Assembly: GCA_048938105.1 (NCBI GenBank)
Contig: JBHLMN010000008.1
Span: forward strand, 160,001-224,000
Reading direction: 5' to 3'
DNA length: 64,000 nt
Source: Promethearchaeota archaeon
GTDB lineage: Archaea > Asgardarchaeota > Heimdallarchaeia > Hodarchaeales > Hodarchaeaceae
Made by a program: the position numbers and the translations under genes. Within the stretch, counting starts at the first letter, position 1; each line of letters begins with the position of its first letter. Under the pieces are notes generated by a model, which was not told the origin of the DNA, searched no databases, and worked only from the letters and a program-made list of their open reading frames with translations. Below are positions 29,137 to 39,361 of the stretch, piece by piece.

Positions 29137-30996
29137 AAAGAGGGTTGAACCATATGGTTTTATTTCAAAAATCAACGCTCCATTCTCAACGATAAATTCA
29201 TTGTCAGTTATCAAGTCATATACTAAACCATTAACAAGACCAATTTTCCATACTGGAATTTTAACCTCTTTAGCTCTATTGGAGTTATTAAATACTGCAA
29301 TAATAATTTCATCTTCAATAAATCTAGAATAACAGTATATCTTCTGATCACAATAAAGAGTTTTGATGGATCCTTCTTGTAAAGCTTTTGAGTTTCTCCT
29401 GATCTTAATAAGGCGTTTATAATTCACCAAGATATCTTTATTCCACTTATCATTATCCCAAATCATACATCTTCTGCAATCAGGATCTTGTTCTCCCTCT
29501 AGTCCTACTTCATCTCCATAATATATCGATGGGACACCAATATAAGAAAATAGGAAAGTTATTCCTAATTTAACCTTATTTATATTCATATCTACTAGTG
29601 TAATAAATCTTGGTAAATCATGACAGTTTAATAAGTTATAGTTAAGCAGTTGAATTTGAAACGGTAGAAGTGAACGGAAATCTGCCATTTGTTGATCCAT
29701 ATCAATGGTGGAATAATTGAATTGGATAGATTTTCGATAGTATCTAGGGGGATCATAAATACTAACAATATCCTTCTTTAGAATCCATTTAAGGAATGGT
29801 TGGTAAAAACCACGGTAATTCATAACACCATCTAATCTCGTTCCATTTAACAGGTCAGTTGGATCAAAGAAATGCTCCCCCATGAGATAGCAATCTTTTT
29901 TAACATTTTTTACGTTATATCGAAACTCCTCCCAAATCTTCTTATACTCTTGGAAATCCTGTTGCCTTCCAAGCATGTTTGCTACATCAATTCTCCAGCC
30001 ATCAATGTTAAAAGGTTCACTAAGCCAGTATTGAGCAATAGAATCTTTTTCACGAAAAATATCATCTCTTACTTTTTTTGATTTATAGTTAAGTTTTGGT
30101 AAGGATTTATGGCCTAACCAGCATAAATAATCATCAGGATGGGTATGAAAAATAAAATATTCATAATATGGACTATTTTTATCGCTCTGTGCACTTTTGA
30201 ACCATGGATGATTAACCCCAGTATGATTAAAAACGCCATCAAGGATTATTTTAATACCATTTTGGTGTAATTCATTAACAAGATTAACAAACTCTATATT
30301 AGTGCCTAAATGCTCATCTACATTTTTATAATCGATTGTATCATATTTGTGGTTTGACAAAGACTTGAAAATTGGATTTAAGTAAAGAGCATTAATACCA
30401 ATCATTTTAAAATAAGGTATTTTTTTTCTTATCCCTTCAAGGTCACCCCCATAAAAATCGATGTGAAAACTTCCTGTTTTATAAGACTCAGGCGGTTCCC
30501 CCCACTTCTTTAATATAGGTGATCTTCCTCGATACATATACTCATTATTTTTCACGTTCCTTTTTGGATTTCCATCAAAAAATCTATCTGGGAAAATCTG
30601 ATAAAATATTGATCGTTTAATCCAACTAGGATCTTCAAAATCAGAAATTATTTTGAAGTCTCTTATATCAGATGGCATATGAGAGGTTAAACCATGTGCA
30701 TTGAACCAATATTGGTCTTTTTCTGAAATAAGCATGAATCTATAATTGAAGGATTTTGTAATTATTTTTGTTTCTGCTTCATAATAAGAAAAAAATTCTT
30801 CTTCACTTGACTTTTTCATAAGAATATTGAATTCTTCGCCTTCTGGTGCACAGCAAATAAAAATCTCTTTGATAGGATTCTTTCTATATAACCTGATCTT
30901 AATTTTGATTTTGTCCCCTAAGTCTGGATTGGATGGAGTTAGGAAATCTTTTGATCCATCAGAGTGAATTGTTTCTTTCCATTTAATATGACTCAT
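29107..30996 (-). CDS. GH13 maltodextrin glucosidase/neopullulanase-like enzyme (cytoplasmic)
   Basis: FYQIFPDRF, YGGDLEG, DGVFNH, GWRIDVA, GEHF, NCHD and PSIYYGDE motifs. The start is placed at ATG 30996; the ORF track extends it to 31071. Confidence 0.9.
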   Translation of the reverse strand: MSHIKWKETIHSDGSKDFLTPSNPDLGDKIKIKIRLYRKNPIKEIFICCAPEGEEFNILMKKSSEEEFFSYYEAETKIITKSFNYRFMLISEKDQYWFNAHGLTSHMPSDIRDFKIISDFEDPSWIKRSIFYQIFPDRFFDGNPKRNVKNNEYMYRGRSPILKKWGEPPESYKTGSFHIDFYGGDLEGIRKKIPYFKMIGINALYLNPIFKSLSNHKYDTIDYKNVDEHLGTNIEFVNLVNELHQNGIKIILDGVFNHTGVNHPWFKSAQSDKNSPYYEYFIFHTHPDDYLCWLGHKSLPKLNYKSKKVRDDIFREKDSIAQYWLSEPFNIDGWRIDVANMLGRQQDFQEYKKIWEEFRYNVKNVKKDCYLMGEHFFDPTDLLNGTRLDGVMNYRGFYQPFLKWILKKDIVSIYDPPRYYRKSIQFNYSTIDMDQQMADFRSLLPFQIQLLNYNLLNCHDLPRFITLVDMNINKVKLGITFLFSYIGVPSIYYGDEVGLEGEQDPDCRRCMIWDNDKWNKDILVNYKRLIKIRRNSKALQEGSIKTLYCDQKIYCYSRFIEDEIIIAVFNNSNRAKEVKIPVWKIGLVNGLVYDLITDNEFIVENGALIFEIKPYGSTLFSNIKSLSSK

Positions 30997-31112
30997 TGAT
31001 AATTCTCTCTTCAAAAAAATAATGGGGGGAGAATTTAGCTTATTGGGAATATTTAGATTCCTGATAGGCAATTATTTGATCTTTTTGACTTGCGGATTCG
31101 ATTAAGATCACT

Positions 31113-32516
31113 CTAAGCTTCCTCTATAATCAATTTATCTGGGAATCTTGTGAAGATTAACAGTGCTATTAACATGGGGATGAACGCAAAAACACCCATT
31201 AATAAGATTGGACCTAATGGGTCATAAATATAATAGTAAATTCCTAATTCTTCAGGATAATCAGGATGGAGGATTTTTTCGCTTACAAATGCTCCCAAAA
31301 TAACACCTTCAAGAAAAACAGCAACAGCAATAGCCAACTTTTCAGTGAATTCTTGGAAAGCATAGTACATCGACTCTCTTCGTAATCCCAATCGTCGTTC
31401 TTCATCATCAACTATATCACCAACAATAGTAGGAGGAAAAATCCATAAACCACCCATTCCAAAACCAATAAGGCAAATCATTAGGAATGCTATGAATAAG
31501 TTTCCTGGTGATATAAGAAATAGGAAATTTAGAAGGAGAGGGAATGTAAATATTACCATCGATAAAATGAATGCCCTTTTCTTTCCAAGAAACCGTGGTT
31601 GTGCTAATACTCCCCAAATTGGAAAGCTGATAATGGCAACTATGATCCAAGGCGCTGTTACGATCATTAGCTCATCGAGTTCAAGAAAAAGTACACTGAC
31701 TGCAAAGAAGGGCATTACTGCATTTAATATTCGGAATGAAAATTGCATTCCAATCTGATTTACTAGATAAATCTGATAAGAATCGTTTTGTAGGCTAATG
31801 CGTAATGATTCCATGAGTGGCACTCGTGGTTGTTTCTGGATGTCATCAGTAGGCATTTCCTCGATTGGTAGAACAGCAACTATAGTTACGAGGACAATGA
31901 CTCCTAATACGATACTTGTCATTGAGAATCCAATGCGGTCATATAGAATAGGTGCAATCACTACACCGACAATATTCGCGAGAATAGCAAATATGTTTCC
32001 CCATACTGCCAATGTTATGCGTTCTTTCGATGTTGGGGCAATTTCAGGTAAAAGAGCATAAATTGGTACAAAAACAAAAGTGAATAATGCATCAAAAATG
32101 GATATAATAACAAAGAGAAAACCAATAAGTAGGATTTCTCCCAATCCATTAGGAAAGAGAGTTAACACGAAAAGTGGAGGATTAAACAAAAGAATGAAAC
32201 TAATAGTCATTGGAACGATTCCAACCAGTACGAATGGTCGGCGCCGTCCCCATTTTTTCCACCTTGTGTTATCAGACAACCAACCAACTATTGGATTTAC
32301 AAATGCATCTACTACTCTCCCAACCATTAATGCTGTTCCTACTAATGCTCCTATGACTAAAGGTTCGAGACTAACACCTGTCATTCCCTCTGTCAGGTAG
32401 AAGTATAATACAAATCCCAAAATAGATGCATTGATAATCGATATACCGAAATTTCCAGTGGAGTAGAGAAAGATCTCCTTACGTGAGAGTTTTCGTTGTT
32501 GAATTATGTTCATCAT
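31113..32516 (-). CDS. MFS transporter, glycoside-pentoside-hexuronide (GPH/MelB-like) family
   Basis: GRVVDAFVNPIVGWLSD, WGRRRPF, LGKKRA and DIVDDEE...RRES motifs; 12-TM pattern. The start is placed at the MM codons (32516) to avoid overlap. Confidence 0.85.
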   Translation of the reverse strand: MMNIIQQRKLSRKEIFLYSTGNFGISIINASILGFVLYFYLTEGMTGVSLEPLVIGALVGTALMVGRVVDAFVNPIVGWLSDNTRWKKWGRRRPFVLVGIVPMTISFILLFNPPLFVLTLFPNGLGEILLIGFLFVIISIFDALFTFVFVPIYALLPEIAPTSKERITLAVWGNIFAILANIVGVVIAPILYDRIGFSMTSIVLGVIVLVTIVAVLPIEEMPTDDIQKQPRVPLMESLRISLQNDSYQIYLVNQIGMQFSFRILNAVMPFFAVSVLFLELDELMIVTAPWIIVAIISFPIWGVLAQPRFLGKKRAFILSMVIFTFPLLLNFLFLISPGNLFIAFLMICLIGFGMGGLWIFPPTIVGDIVDDEERRLGLRRESMYYAFQEFTEKLAIAVAVFLEGVILGAFVSEKILHPDYPEELGIYYYIYDPLGPILLMGVFAFIPMLIALLIFTRFPDKLIIEEA

Positions 32517-32580
32517 TAAATCATCTTCGTGAAATAAGCAATGAAAGTATTTCAACTGGAAGAAATAAGGATACGCTTGT

Positions 32581-33261
32581 TTAGTCTCTACTTCCACCAA
32601 AAAGGTAGATGAAAATCATTAAAAGCTCTTTGAGTAAGTAAATTATATCATAGAATAACCATAATGCCATGAGAGCTGGTGAAGAGAACATTCTGTTTTC
32701 TAAACGTGCAAAATCAATGAACATGTAAATACTGAAAATAGCTGCTCCTAATAAGCTGATTAGTAGGTAAAATAGAGGATCTGCACTGAAAAAAAAGAAT
32801 CCAAATAAGGCAAGAATGAAAAAACAAATAACCAAAATGATTACCAATTTCGTTATTTGACCGATCCTTTTGTATGTATGTCCTGAAAATAGATATGCCG
32901 CTAGAATGACGATTGTGGTTGTACCAACAGCTCCAACAACTAAGGCAACATCTAGAGCAAGAGCTATATAAACTAGTAAAGAAAGTGTTATGGAGCTACA
33001 GACAGCAAAAGTATATAATAAGATAGTAGCAGTAGATTCACTGAATTGCCAACGGAATAACGCTGAAAACAACAATATCATGATGATAATGAATTCCCCC
33101 GCGCTTCCTACCCAATAGAAAATAATTGGGACATCAAGCCATAACATTATACCAACAGTGATGGTAGCTAGCATTAACGCAATACCTAGATGCCGATAGG
33201 CATCGACTTTAATGTCATAACCAGTAAATTGTCTTGTTTTGGCTTCATAATAATAAGACAT
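32581..33261 (-). CDS. Bax inhibitor-1/YccA (TMBIM) family membrane protein
   Basis: Seven hydrophobic helices; 'IFSIYMFIDF' and 'ALWLFYDIIYL' C-terminal di-Asp signature. Confidence 0.75.
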   Translation of the reverse strand: MSYYYEAKTRQFTGYDIKVDAYRHLGIALMLATITVGIMLWLDVPIIFYWVGSAGEFIIIMILLFSALFRWQFSESTATILLYTFAVCSSITLSLLVYIALALDVALVVGAVGTTTIVILAAYLFSGHTYKRIGQITKLVIILVICFFILALFGFFFFSADPLFYLLISLLGAAIFSIYMFIDFARLENRMFSSPALMALWLFYDIIYLLKELLMIFIYLFGGSRD

Positions 33262-33345
33262 GTTTCACACCTTAAATGATCGTGTTGAGACAAAAATAAT
33301 TTTGTCTATTAATGCTTGTTATTAAATAATATAATTTTATAGAGA

Positions 33346-35256
33346 TTACTTTTTACTTATGTCTTTCATTAGTTCAATAGCTGCAGCTACTTCCATGATG
33401 CTTGTATCATCTTCGATTGTGCTTAAATCTCCTAATTTTTTCCCTTCATACACTCCTTTCATAATTCTACGCATAATCTTACCGCTGCGAGTTTTGGGTA
33501 ACATCTTAACAATTTCGACTCCTTTTGGCGCAGCAATGGGGCCTATGTCATTCCTTACAATTTGAATTATTTCTTTTTTCAGTTCTTCTGATGGTTCAAT
33601 ACCTTCTTTCAGAACAACAAAAGCAATAACAACGGTACCCTTTATTTTATCTTCTACACCAATACAGGAAGTCTCAGCTACAGCATCATGTGATGAAACT
33701 GCTTCCTCAATTTCACGAGTACCTAGTCTATGACCTGCAATCTTTATTACCTCATCTGCACGACCTAGTACTTTAAAATAACCTTCACTATCTTTAATTG
33801 CATAATCACCCGTGTAATAGTATTGCTTATCAGGAAATACTTCCCAATAAGTTCTTTTATATCTCTCATCATCACCATAGATAGTCATTAAAGTACCTGG
33901 TGGTAATGGTGCTCGTGAAACTAGTGTTCCCTTCTCTCCAAAAGGCATTTCATTGCCTTGCTCATCAACAACTAAGAGATCATAACCCATTGCTGAAACA
34001 CCAGCCGCTCCAGGTTTTATTGGTAGATCTTCTATGCATCGTCCAGTTAAAATACTCCAACCAGATTCAGTTTGCCAGTAATGATCTACAATTTTTGTAC
34101 CAAGGATCTCTTTAGCCCAGTAATAAGTAGGTTCATCTAGAGGTTCCCCAGCTAAGAAAAAATACCGTAAAGATGATAGATCGTGATCCTTAATCCATTT
34201 TAATGGAAATTTCTTGAGGATGCGAAGAGCTGTTGGCGCAGAAAAAACACAAGTAACCCCATATTTTTCCATTACTTTCCACCAAGAATCTGGATTAGGA
34301 TAAACTGGTGTTCCTTCAAATAGAATCGTTGGAATTCCCAGAAGAAGAGGTCCATATACGATGTATGAATGTCCAACGACCCATCCAATATCGCTAGTAG
34401 AGAAGTATACGTCTCTATCAGGTTCACAGTCGTAAATTTGTTTCATTGATGCGTATAATGAAACCATATAGCCACCTGTGTCCCGTACAACTCCCTTTGG
34501 TTTCCCAGTTGTTCCTGATGTATAGAGGATGTAACTTGGATCAGTAGAATCTAATTTTTCTGGTTCTACATAGGACATACTTATTGTTTCTAAGAGTTCT
34601 TGCCAATCTAGATCTCTTCCTTCCTGCTTAGGACAATCGGGGTTTAGATTGCGGTTGTAGACTAGTACCCGACTTGATTTTTCTTCTGCAATTTCTATTG
34701 CATCATCAACAATCTCTTTTAATTTGACAACCTTTCCATTCCTGCTCCCTGCATCACATGTTAGAATTAATTTTGGTTTTGCATCGTCTATTCTACCAGC
34801 AAGAGATTCTCGGCTAAAACCTGCAAATACTACAGAGTGAATAGCCCCAATTCGTACACAAGCTAGCATTGCAATTATTGCTTCAGGAATCATTGGCATA
34901 TAAATGATGATACGATCTCCTTTCTTAACATCAAGATTTTTAAGTACTCCTGCAAACTTGTTAACTTCTCTAAATAGGTGATAAAATGTGTAGACACGAG
35001 ATTGATTTGTTTCTGGAGATTCCCAGATTAATGCGGCTGTTCCTCTTTTAGATCCTAGAGCGTGTCTATCTACCGCATTATAACATAGATTTGTTTTCCC
35101 TCCAACAAACCATTTGAAAAAAGGATAATTTGAATCATCTAAGACTTTATCCCATTTCTTATACCAGTGTAGTTTTTCACCTTCTTGTGCCCAAAATTTC
35201 TGAGGATCTTCGAGAGATAGATTATGAGCTTCTTTATACGAGGAATATTGTTTCAT
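33346..35256 (-). CDS. prpE: Propionate--CoA ligase (acetate/propionate-CoA synthetase)
   Basis: YILYTSGTTGKPKG, SDIGWVVGHSY, DHYWQTESG and LPKTRSGKIMRR motifs; last gene of the prp operon. Confidence 0.85.
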   Translation of the reverse strand: MKQYSSYKEAHNLSLEDPQKFWAQEGEKLHWYKKWDKVLDDSNYPFFKWFVGGKTNLCYNAVDRHALGSKRGTAALIWESPETNQSRVYTFYHLFREVNKFAGVLKNLDVKKGDRIIIYMPMIPEAIIAMLACVRIGAIHSVVFAGFSRESLAGRIDDAKPKLILTCDAGSRNGKVVKLKEIVDDAIEIAEEKSSRVLVYNRNLNPDCPKQEGRDLDWQELLETISMSYVEPEKLDSTDPSYILYTSGTTGKPKGVVRDTGGYMVSLYASMKQIYDCEPDRDVYFSTSDIGWVVGHSYIVYGPLLLGIPTILFEGTPVYPNPDSWWKVMEKYGVTCVFSAPTALRILKKFPLKWIKDHDLSSLRYFFLAGEPLDEPTYYWAKEILGTKIVDHYWQTESGWSILTGRCIEDLPIKPGAAGVSAMGYDLLVVDEQGNEMPFGEKGTLVSRAPLPPGTLMTIYGDDERYKRTYWEVFPDKQYYYTGDYAIKDSEGYFKVLGRADEVIKIAGHRLGTREIEEAVSSHDAVAETSCIGVEDKIKGTVVIAFVVLKEGIEPSEELKKEIIQIVRNDIGPIAAPKGVEIVKMLPKTRSGKIMRRIMKGVYEGKKLGDLSTIEDDTSIMEVAAAIELMKDISKK

Positions 35257-35425
35257 TGATCTATACCGCCCTGTTTATATAATGAGAGTTGAGAATTGAT
35301 TACGAGTCGGTCGTCTCTGGGATTTATAAAGAATTTTTCTCCTTTAAACTCATAAAACAAAATTCTTTACCATTTTTATTTTGATTCTGATATAAAGAAA
35401 AAAGAGGTATGGAAGTTTTATGATC

Positions 35426-36847
35426 TTAAGCTTGAAGAAACTCCATAAATAGATGAACAGGCATCTGTTCTAATCTTTTCTGATCTTTAAACAATGCTAT
35501 GAGATCTTCTACCTTTTTTACTGGATAACGAGCTGAGATGTTATTATTGAACTTCTCTTCTAATAACGGAATTGCTTCTTTTCTCCTTCTTCTGTGACCT
35601 AATGGATATTCAATCATAATTCTATCTGTATTAGTTCCGTCTTTGAAGAAAACTTGAACTGAGTTTGTTATAGATCGTTTTTCAGGATCATGGTAATCCT
35701 TCGTATATTGGAGTTCTTCTTTAACATCCATTTTTTCCCTTAACATATCGATATGTGGATTAGAAGCAAATTCATCTTCATAATCTTCGTAAACTACATT
35801 CCCTTTCAATAATGCAATAGCAACCATATATTGAAGACAATGGTCTCGATCTGCAGGATTGTGTAAAGGCCCTTTTTTATCTATGATACGAATTGCTGCT
35901 TCATGTGTAATAATTTCTATTTTCTCTATCTCTTCTAGGCGATTAATAACATTTGGATGAAGCTGAATTGCAGCTTCAACCGCAGATTGACCGTGGAATT
36001 CCGCAGGATAACCAACTTTGAATAGAACATTCTCGATTACATAAGTTCCATAAGGGAGTTGAAATTTAAACCGACCTCCATCCCATAAACGATCATAAAA
36101 GCCCCACTTAGGTGCACTAAGGCAAGTCTTGTAACCCATTTCTCCTCGTAATGACTGCATAGCGAGAAAGACACCTCGGCTTGTTGCATCCCCTGCTGCC
36201 CAGCTCTTTCTACTACCAGTATTTGGAGCATGACGATATGTCCTTAAAGGCCCTATATCGCACCAAACCTGAGATATAGCATTGATAGTTTGCATCTCAT
36301 TACAACCAAGCATACCAGCTGCTATAGCAGCACTAGCCAGTTTAACCAGGATTACATGATCAATACCACGTTGATTAAAACTGTTCTCCAGAGCCATCAC
36401 CCCTTGAATTTCATAAGCTTTAATCGTCCAGGTGAAAACATCCCGTATATTAAGCGGCTCCAATCCATTAGCAATATTTTTACGGGATATATGGTCGGCC
36501 AGACTTAAAATCGCTCCCAAATTATCGCTTGGGTGCCCCCATTCTGCTGCTAACCAAGTATCATTGTAGTCTAACCAGCGAATCAAAATCCCGATATTAA
36601 ATGCAGCAGTGAGAGGGTCGAGCTCATACTTTGTACCAGGAACACGAGAGCCGTGGGGGACAATGGTTCCTGGGACGACAGGTCCCAACATTTTGGTACA
36701 TTCAGGGAATCGTAATGCTAGAACTGCACCACCAATGCTATCCATTAAACAAAGACGTGCTGTATTATATGCTTCATCAGAATCAGGAGTATATTCCAGA
36801 ACATATTTTGCCATATCGACCATTTCTTTATCTATTTTGTTTGACAT
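35426..36847 (-). CDS. prpD: 2-methylcitrate dehydratase
   Basis: RWLDYNDTWLAAEWGHPSDN, YRHAPNTGSRKSWAAGDA, ADRDHC and EYPLGHRRRR motifs. Confidence 0.95.
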   Translation of the reverse strand: MSNKIDKEMVDMAKYVLEYTPDSDEAYNTARLCLMDSIGGAVLALRFPECTKMLGPVVPGTIVPHGSRVPGTKYELDPLTAAFNIGILIRWLDYNDTWLAAEWGHPSDNLGAILSLADHISRKNIANGLEPLNIRDVFTWTIKAYEIQGVMALENSFNQRGIDHVILVKLASAAIAAGMLGCNEMQTINAISQVWCDIGPLRTYRHAPNTGSRKSWAAGDATSRGVFLAMQSLRGEMGYKTCLSAPKWGFYDRLWDGGRFKFQLPYGTYVIENVLFKVGYPAEFHGQSAVEAAIQLHPNVINRLEEIEKIEIITHEAAIRIIDKKGPLHNPADRDHCLQYMVAIALLKGNVVYEDYEDEFASNPHIDMLREKMDVKEELQYTKDYHDPEKRSITNSVQVFFKDGTNTDRIMIEYPLGHRRRRKEAIPLLEEKFNNNISARYPVKKVEDLIALFKDQKRLEQMPVHLFMEFLQA

Positions 36848-36910
36848 CTTTCAACTACCTTTTTTCTATATTTAAGTTAAATCTCTCAAAGAAATCAGTA
36901 AGGGAGCATG

Positions 36911-38053
36911 TTATGCTCTTTCGGAAAGAGGAAGAACCTCTCGCTCTTTTGGGCCTATATATTTCGCTGTAGGGCGAATTAACTTATTATTTTCACGTTG
37001 TTCCAAAATATGAGCAGCCCATCCGCTTGACCTGCTTACAACAAATATTGGTGTAAAGAGGGGAGGATCAATACCTAATATATGGTATACTATTGCAGTA
37101 TAGAAGTCTAAGTTTGGAAAGAGATTTTTTTCCCACATTACTCTTTCAACAGCTTCAGCTATTTCAAAAAGTGTTTTAAACTGGGTTTTTCCTTTAATTA
37201 ATTCACGAGCTCGTTCTTTAACTACTAATGACCGAGGATCATGATCTGCATAGACTGCATGACCGAAACCCATTATTAATTCCTTTTCTCGGAACATACG
37301 GCGTACCTCTGTTTCAGCATGGTCAACGTCTTTAAGACTTAATAATAATTTGATGGCTGCCTCATTTGCTCCTCCATTGAGAGGACCTGAAAGCGTTCCA
37401 ATTGCTGTTGCTATACATGAATAATAATCAGCTAGTGTTGAGGCACAAACGCGAGCAGCATATGTAGATGCTGCATATTCGTGTTCTGCATAAAGTATCA
37501 GTGACATATCCAATGTTTGCTTTTCAAGAGCGGTTGGTATCTCCCCTTTAATCATGTGGAAAAGATATCCAGCCATCGTTTCTTCTGAGGAATCAAGAGG
37601 AACTTCTTTGTCATAAGAACTTTGTTTCTTCTCCCAATAACCGATGATACTTGGTAGAATACCTAGGATCCGAAGTGCTTGAGGTTTTCCTTTTAATCCT
37701 TCCTCAGGTTCAATTGTTCCTAGAGTGGATATAGCTGTCCGCAGTAGAGCCATTGGATGAGTATCTTTTGGTAAATCATTAAGTACATTTTTCAAAGGTT
37801 CTGGTAAAAAACGATTGTTATTAAGTTGCGACGTCCATTCTGACAACTGGTCTTTATTCGGAAGATCACCGTGGATGAGAAGGTAGGATACTTCTTCATA
37901 TGTGCAATTTCTTGCTAAATCCTCAATCAAATAACCTCGATAAGATAAATGTATCCCTTCTTCGCCTACAGGACAAATTGAAGTTGTGCCAACATCGACA
38001 CCACGCAATCCAGGATCTATTTTGTAAGTCACTTCCAGTTTTCTTTTAGGCAT
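36911..38053 (-). CDS. prpC: 2-methylcitrate synthase (citrate synthase family) with an atypical active site
   Basis: LSYRGY, YAEHE, GFGHAVY, FPNLDFY and LIRP motifs; GPLNGGANE in place of GPLHGGANE. Confidence 0.85.
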   Translation of the reverse strand: MPKRKLEVTYKIDPGLRGVDVGTTSICPVGEEGIHLSYRGYLIEDLARNCTYEEVSYLLIHGDLPNKDQLSEWTSQLNNNRFLPEPLKNVLNDLPKDTHPMALLRTAISTLGTIEPEEGLKGKPQALRILGILPSIIGYWEKKQSSYDKEVPLDSSEETMAGYLFHMIKGEIPTALEKQTLDMSLILYAEHEYAASTYAARVCASTLADYYSCIATAIGTLSGPLNGGANEAAIKLLLSLKDVDHAETEVRRMFREKELIMGFGHAVYADHDPRSLVVKERARELIKGKTQFKTLFEIAEAVERVMWEKNLFPNLDFYTAIVYHILGIDPPLFTPIFVVSRSSGWAAHILEQRENNKLIRPTAKYIGPKEREVLPLSERA

Positions 38054-38939
38054 TTTTCTTCTCTCCTAACCTATCAAGTATGTTTTCCCAACGGTAATAG
38101 TCTAGTAATTCATACAGTTCCGCACGTGTTTGCATTCTATCAATTAAAGATTTTTGCGTCCCTTGGCTTCGGAGAATCGAATAGACGTGTTCTGCTGCTT
38201 TATTCATTGCACGAAAAGCGGTAAGGGGATATAGAACCATGGATACTCCTGCTCCCCTTAATTCTTCTACAGTAAATAGAGGTGTCTTTCCAAATTCTGT
38301 AATATTAGCTATAACTGGTACGGATATGGCTTCAGTGATGGTTTTATATTCTTCCAGTGATGTGAAAGCTTCAGGGAAAACTGCGGTTGCACCAGCGTCA
38401 ATATATTGGTGGATCCTATCAATAGCCCCTTGAAGCCCTTCATTAGCTAAGGCATCTGTTCGAGCCATTACCATAAAGTCAGGATCCCTACGAGCATCAA
38501 CAGCTGCCTTAATTCGATCACACATCTCTTCTGTTGACACTATCTTTTTTCTGGGACGATGACCACATCGTTTTTGGGCTTCCTGATCCTCTATATGGAC
38601 TCCTGCAACTCCTACTTTTTCTAATGTATTGATTGTTCGAGCAATAGAAAAGGCAGTCGCTCCAAAACCAGTGTCAATGTCAACCAATAAAGGAAGATCT
38701 ACAACATCAGTAATACGTCGAGCATCTTCCGCGACATTATCAAGGGTAGTTATACCCAAATCGGGTAATCCATAGGATGCATTTGCTACACCTGCACCAG
38801 ATAGATAGAGTGTACGGAAACCAGCACGTTTTGCCATCATAGCCATGAGGGCATTGATCGTTCCCACAATTTGTAAGGGTTTCTCTTGACCAAGAGCTTC
38901 TTTAAGTCTTGTTCCTGGGGATTTTGAAGAAACTTTCAT
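38046..38939 (-). CDS. prpB: 2-methylisocitrate lyase
   Basis: LYLSG, GLPDLG, DIDTGFG, KRCGHR and [10 protein letters not shown] motifs. Confidence 0.95.
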   Translation of the reverse strand: MKVSSKSPGTRLKEALGQEKPLQIVGTINALMAMMAKRAGFRTLYLSGAGVANASYGLPDLGITTLDNVAEDARRITDVVDLPLLVDIDTGFGATAFSIARTINTLEKVGVAGVHIEDQEAQKRCGHRPRKKIVSTEEMCDRIKAAVDARRDPDFMVMARTDALANEGLQGAIDRIHQYIDAGATAVFPEAFTSLEEYKTITEAISVPVIANITEFGKTPLFTVEELRGAGVSMVLYPLTAFRAMNKAAEHVYSILRSQGTQKSLIDRMQTRAELYELLDYYRWENILDRLGEKKNA

Positions 38940-39361
38940 TATTAGATGTTCCTTTTTAAAAATTAAATTGATTCGTTACATATTTGAATCAAATTTCTTT
39001 ACACTTTAAAATAAAATGCATCTTAATTATTTTTTGTTGATAGAATTTTCTCTTTCTTCATAGAATATTTCTGAGATTAAACGAATTGTCTTACAAGTAA
39101 AAGCAACGAATGTTGTGATAAAGCAGTATGTCATCAGAATTTCACGATAAACTGTATTCCATGAGCTTTTATCTCAATAATGATGTTTTATTTATTTGTT
39201 CAATTCGATTTTAACTTGCTTTATAGAAAAAATTATTGAACTATGGAAAACTACACAAAATTTTTTCTATTACAATAGGAATTGAAAGTAAAAACTATTA
39301 CAAAATAATATTTTCCCAGAAGTATTGCTCTGTTGTTTTAGGTTTTCGAGAGGTTAGCTAA

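Noticed and set aside
38940-39361. Long AT-rich intergenic region as an ncRNA or mobile-element remnant
   Set aside because: No convincing hairpin, terminal repeat or coding signal; adequately explained as a divergent promoter region.
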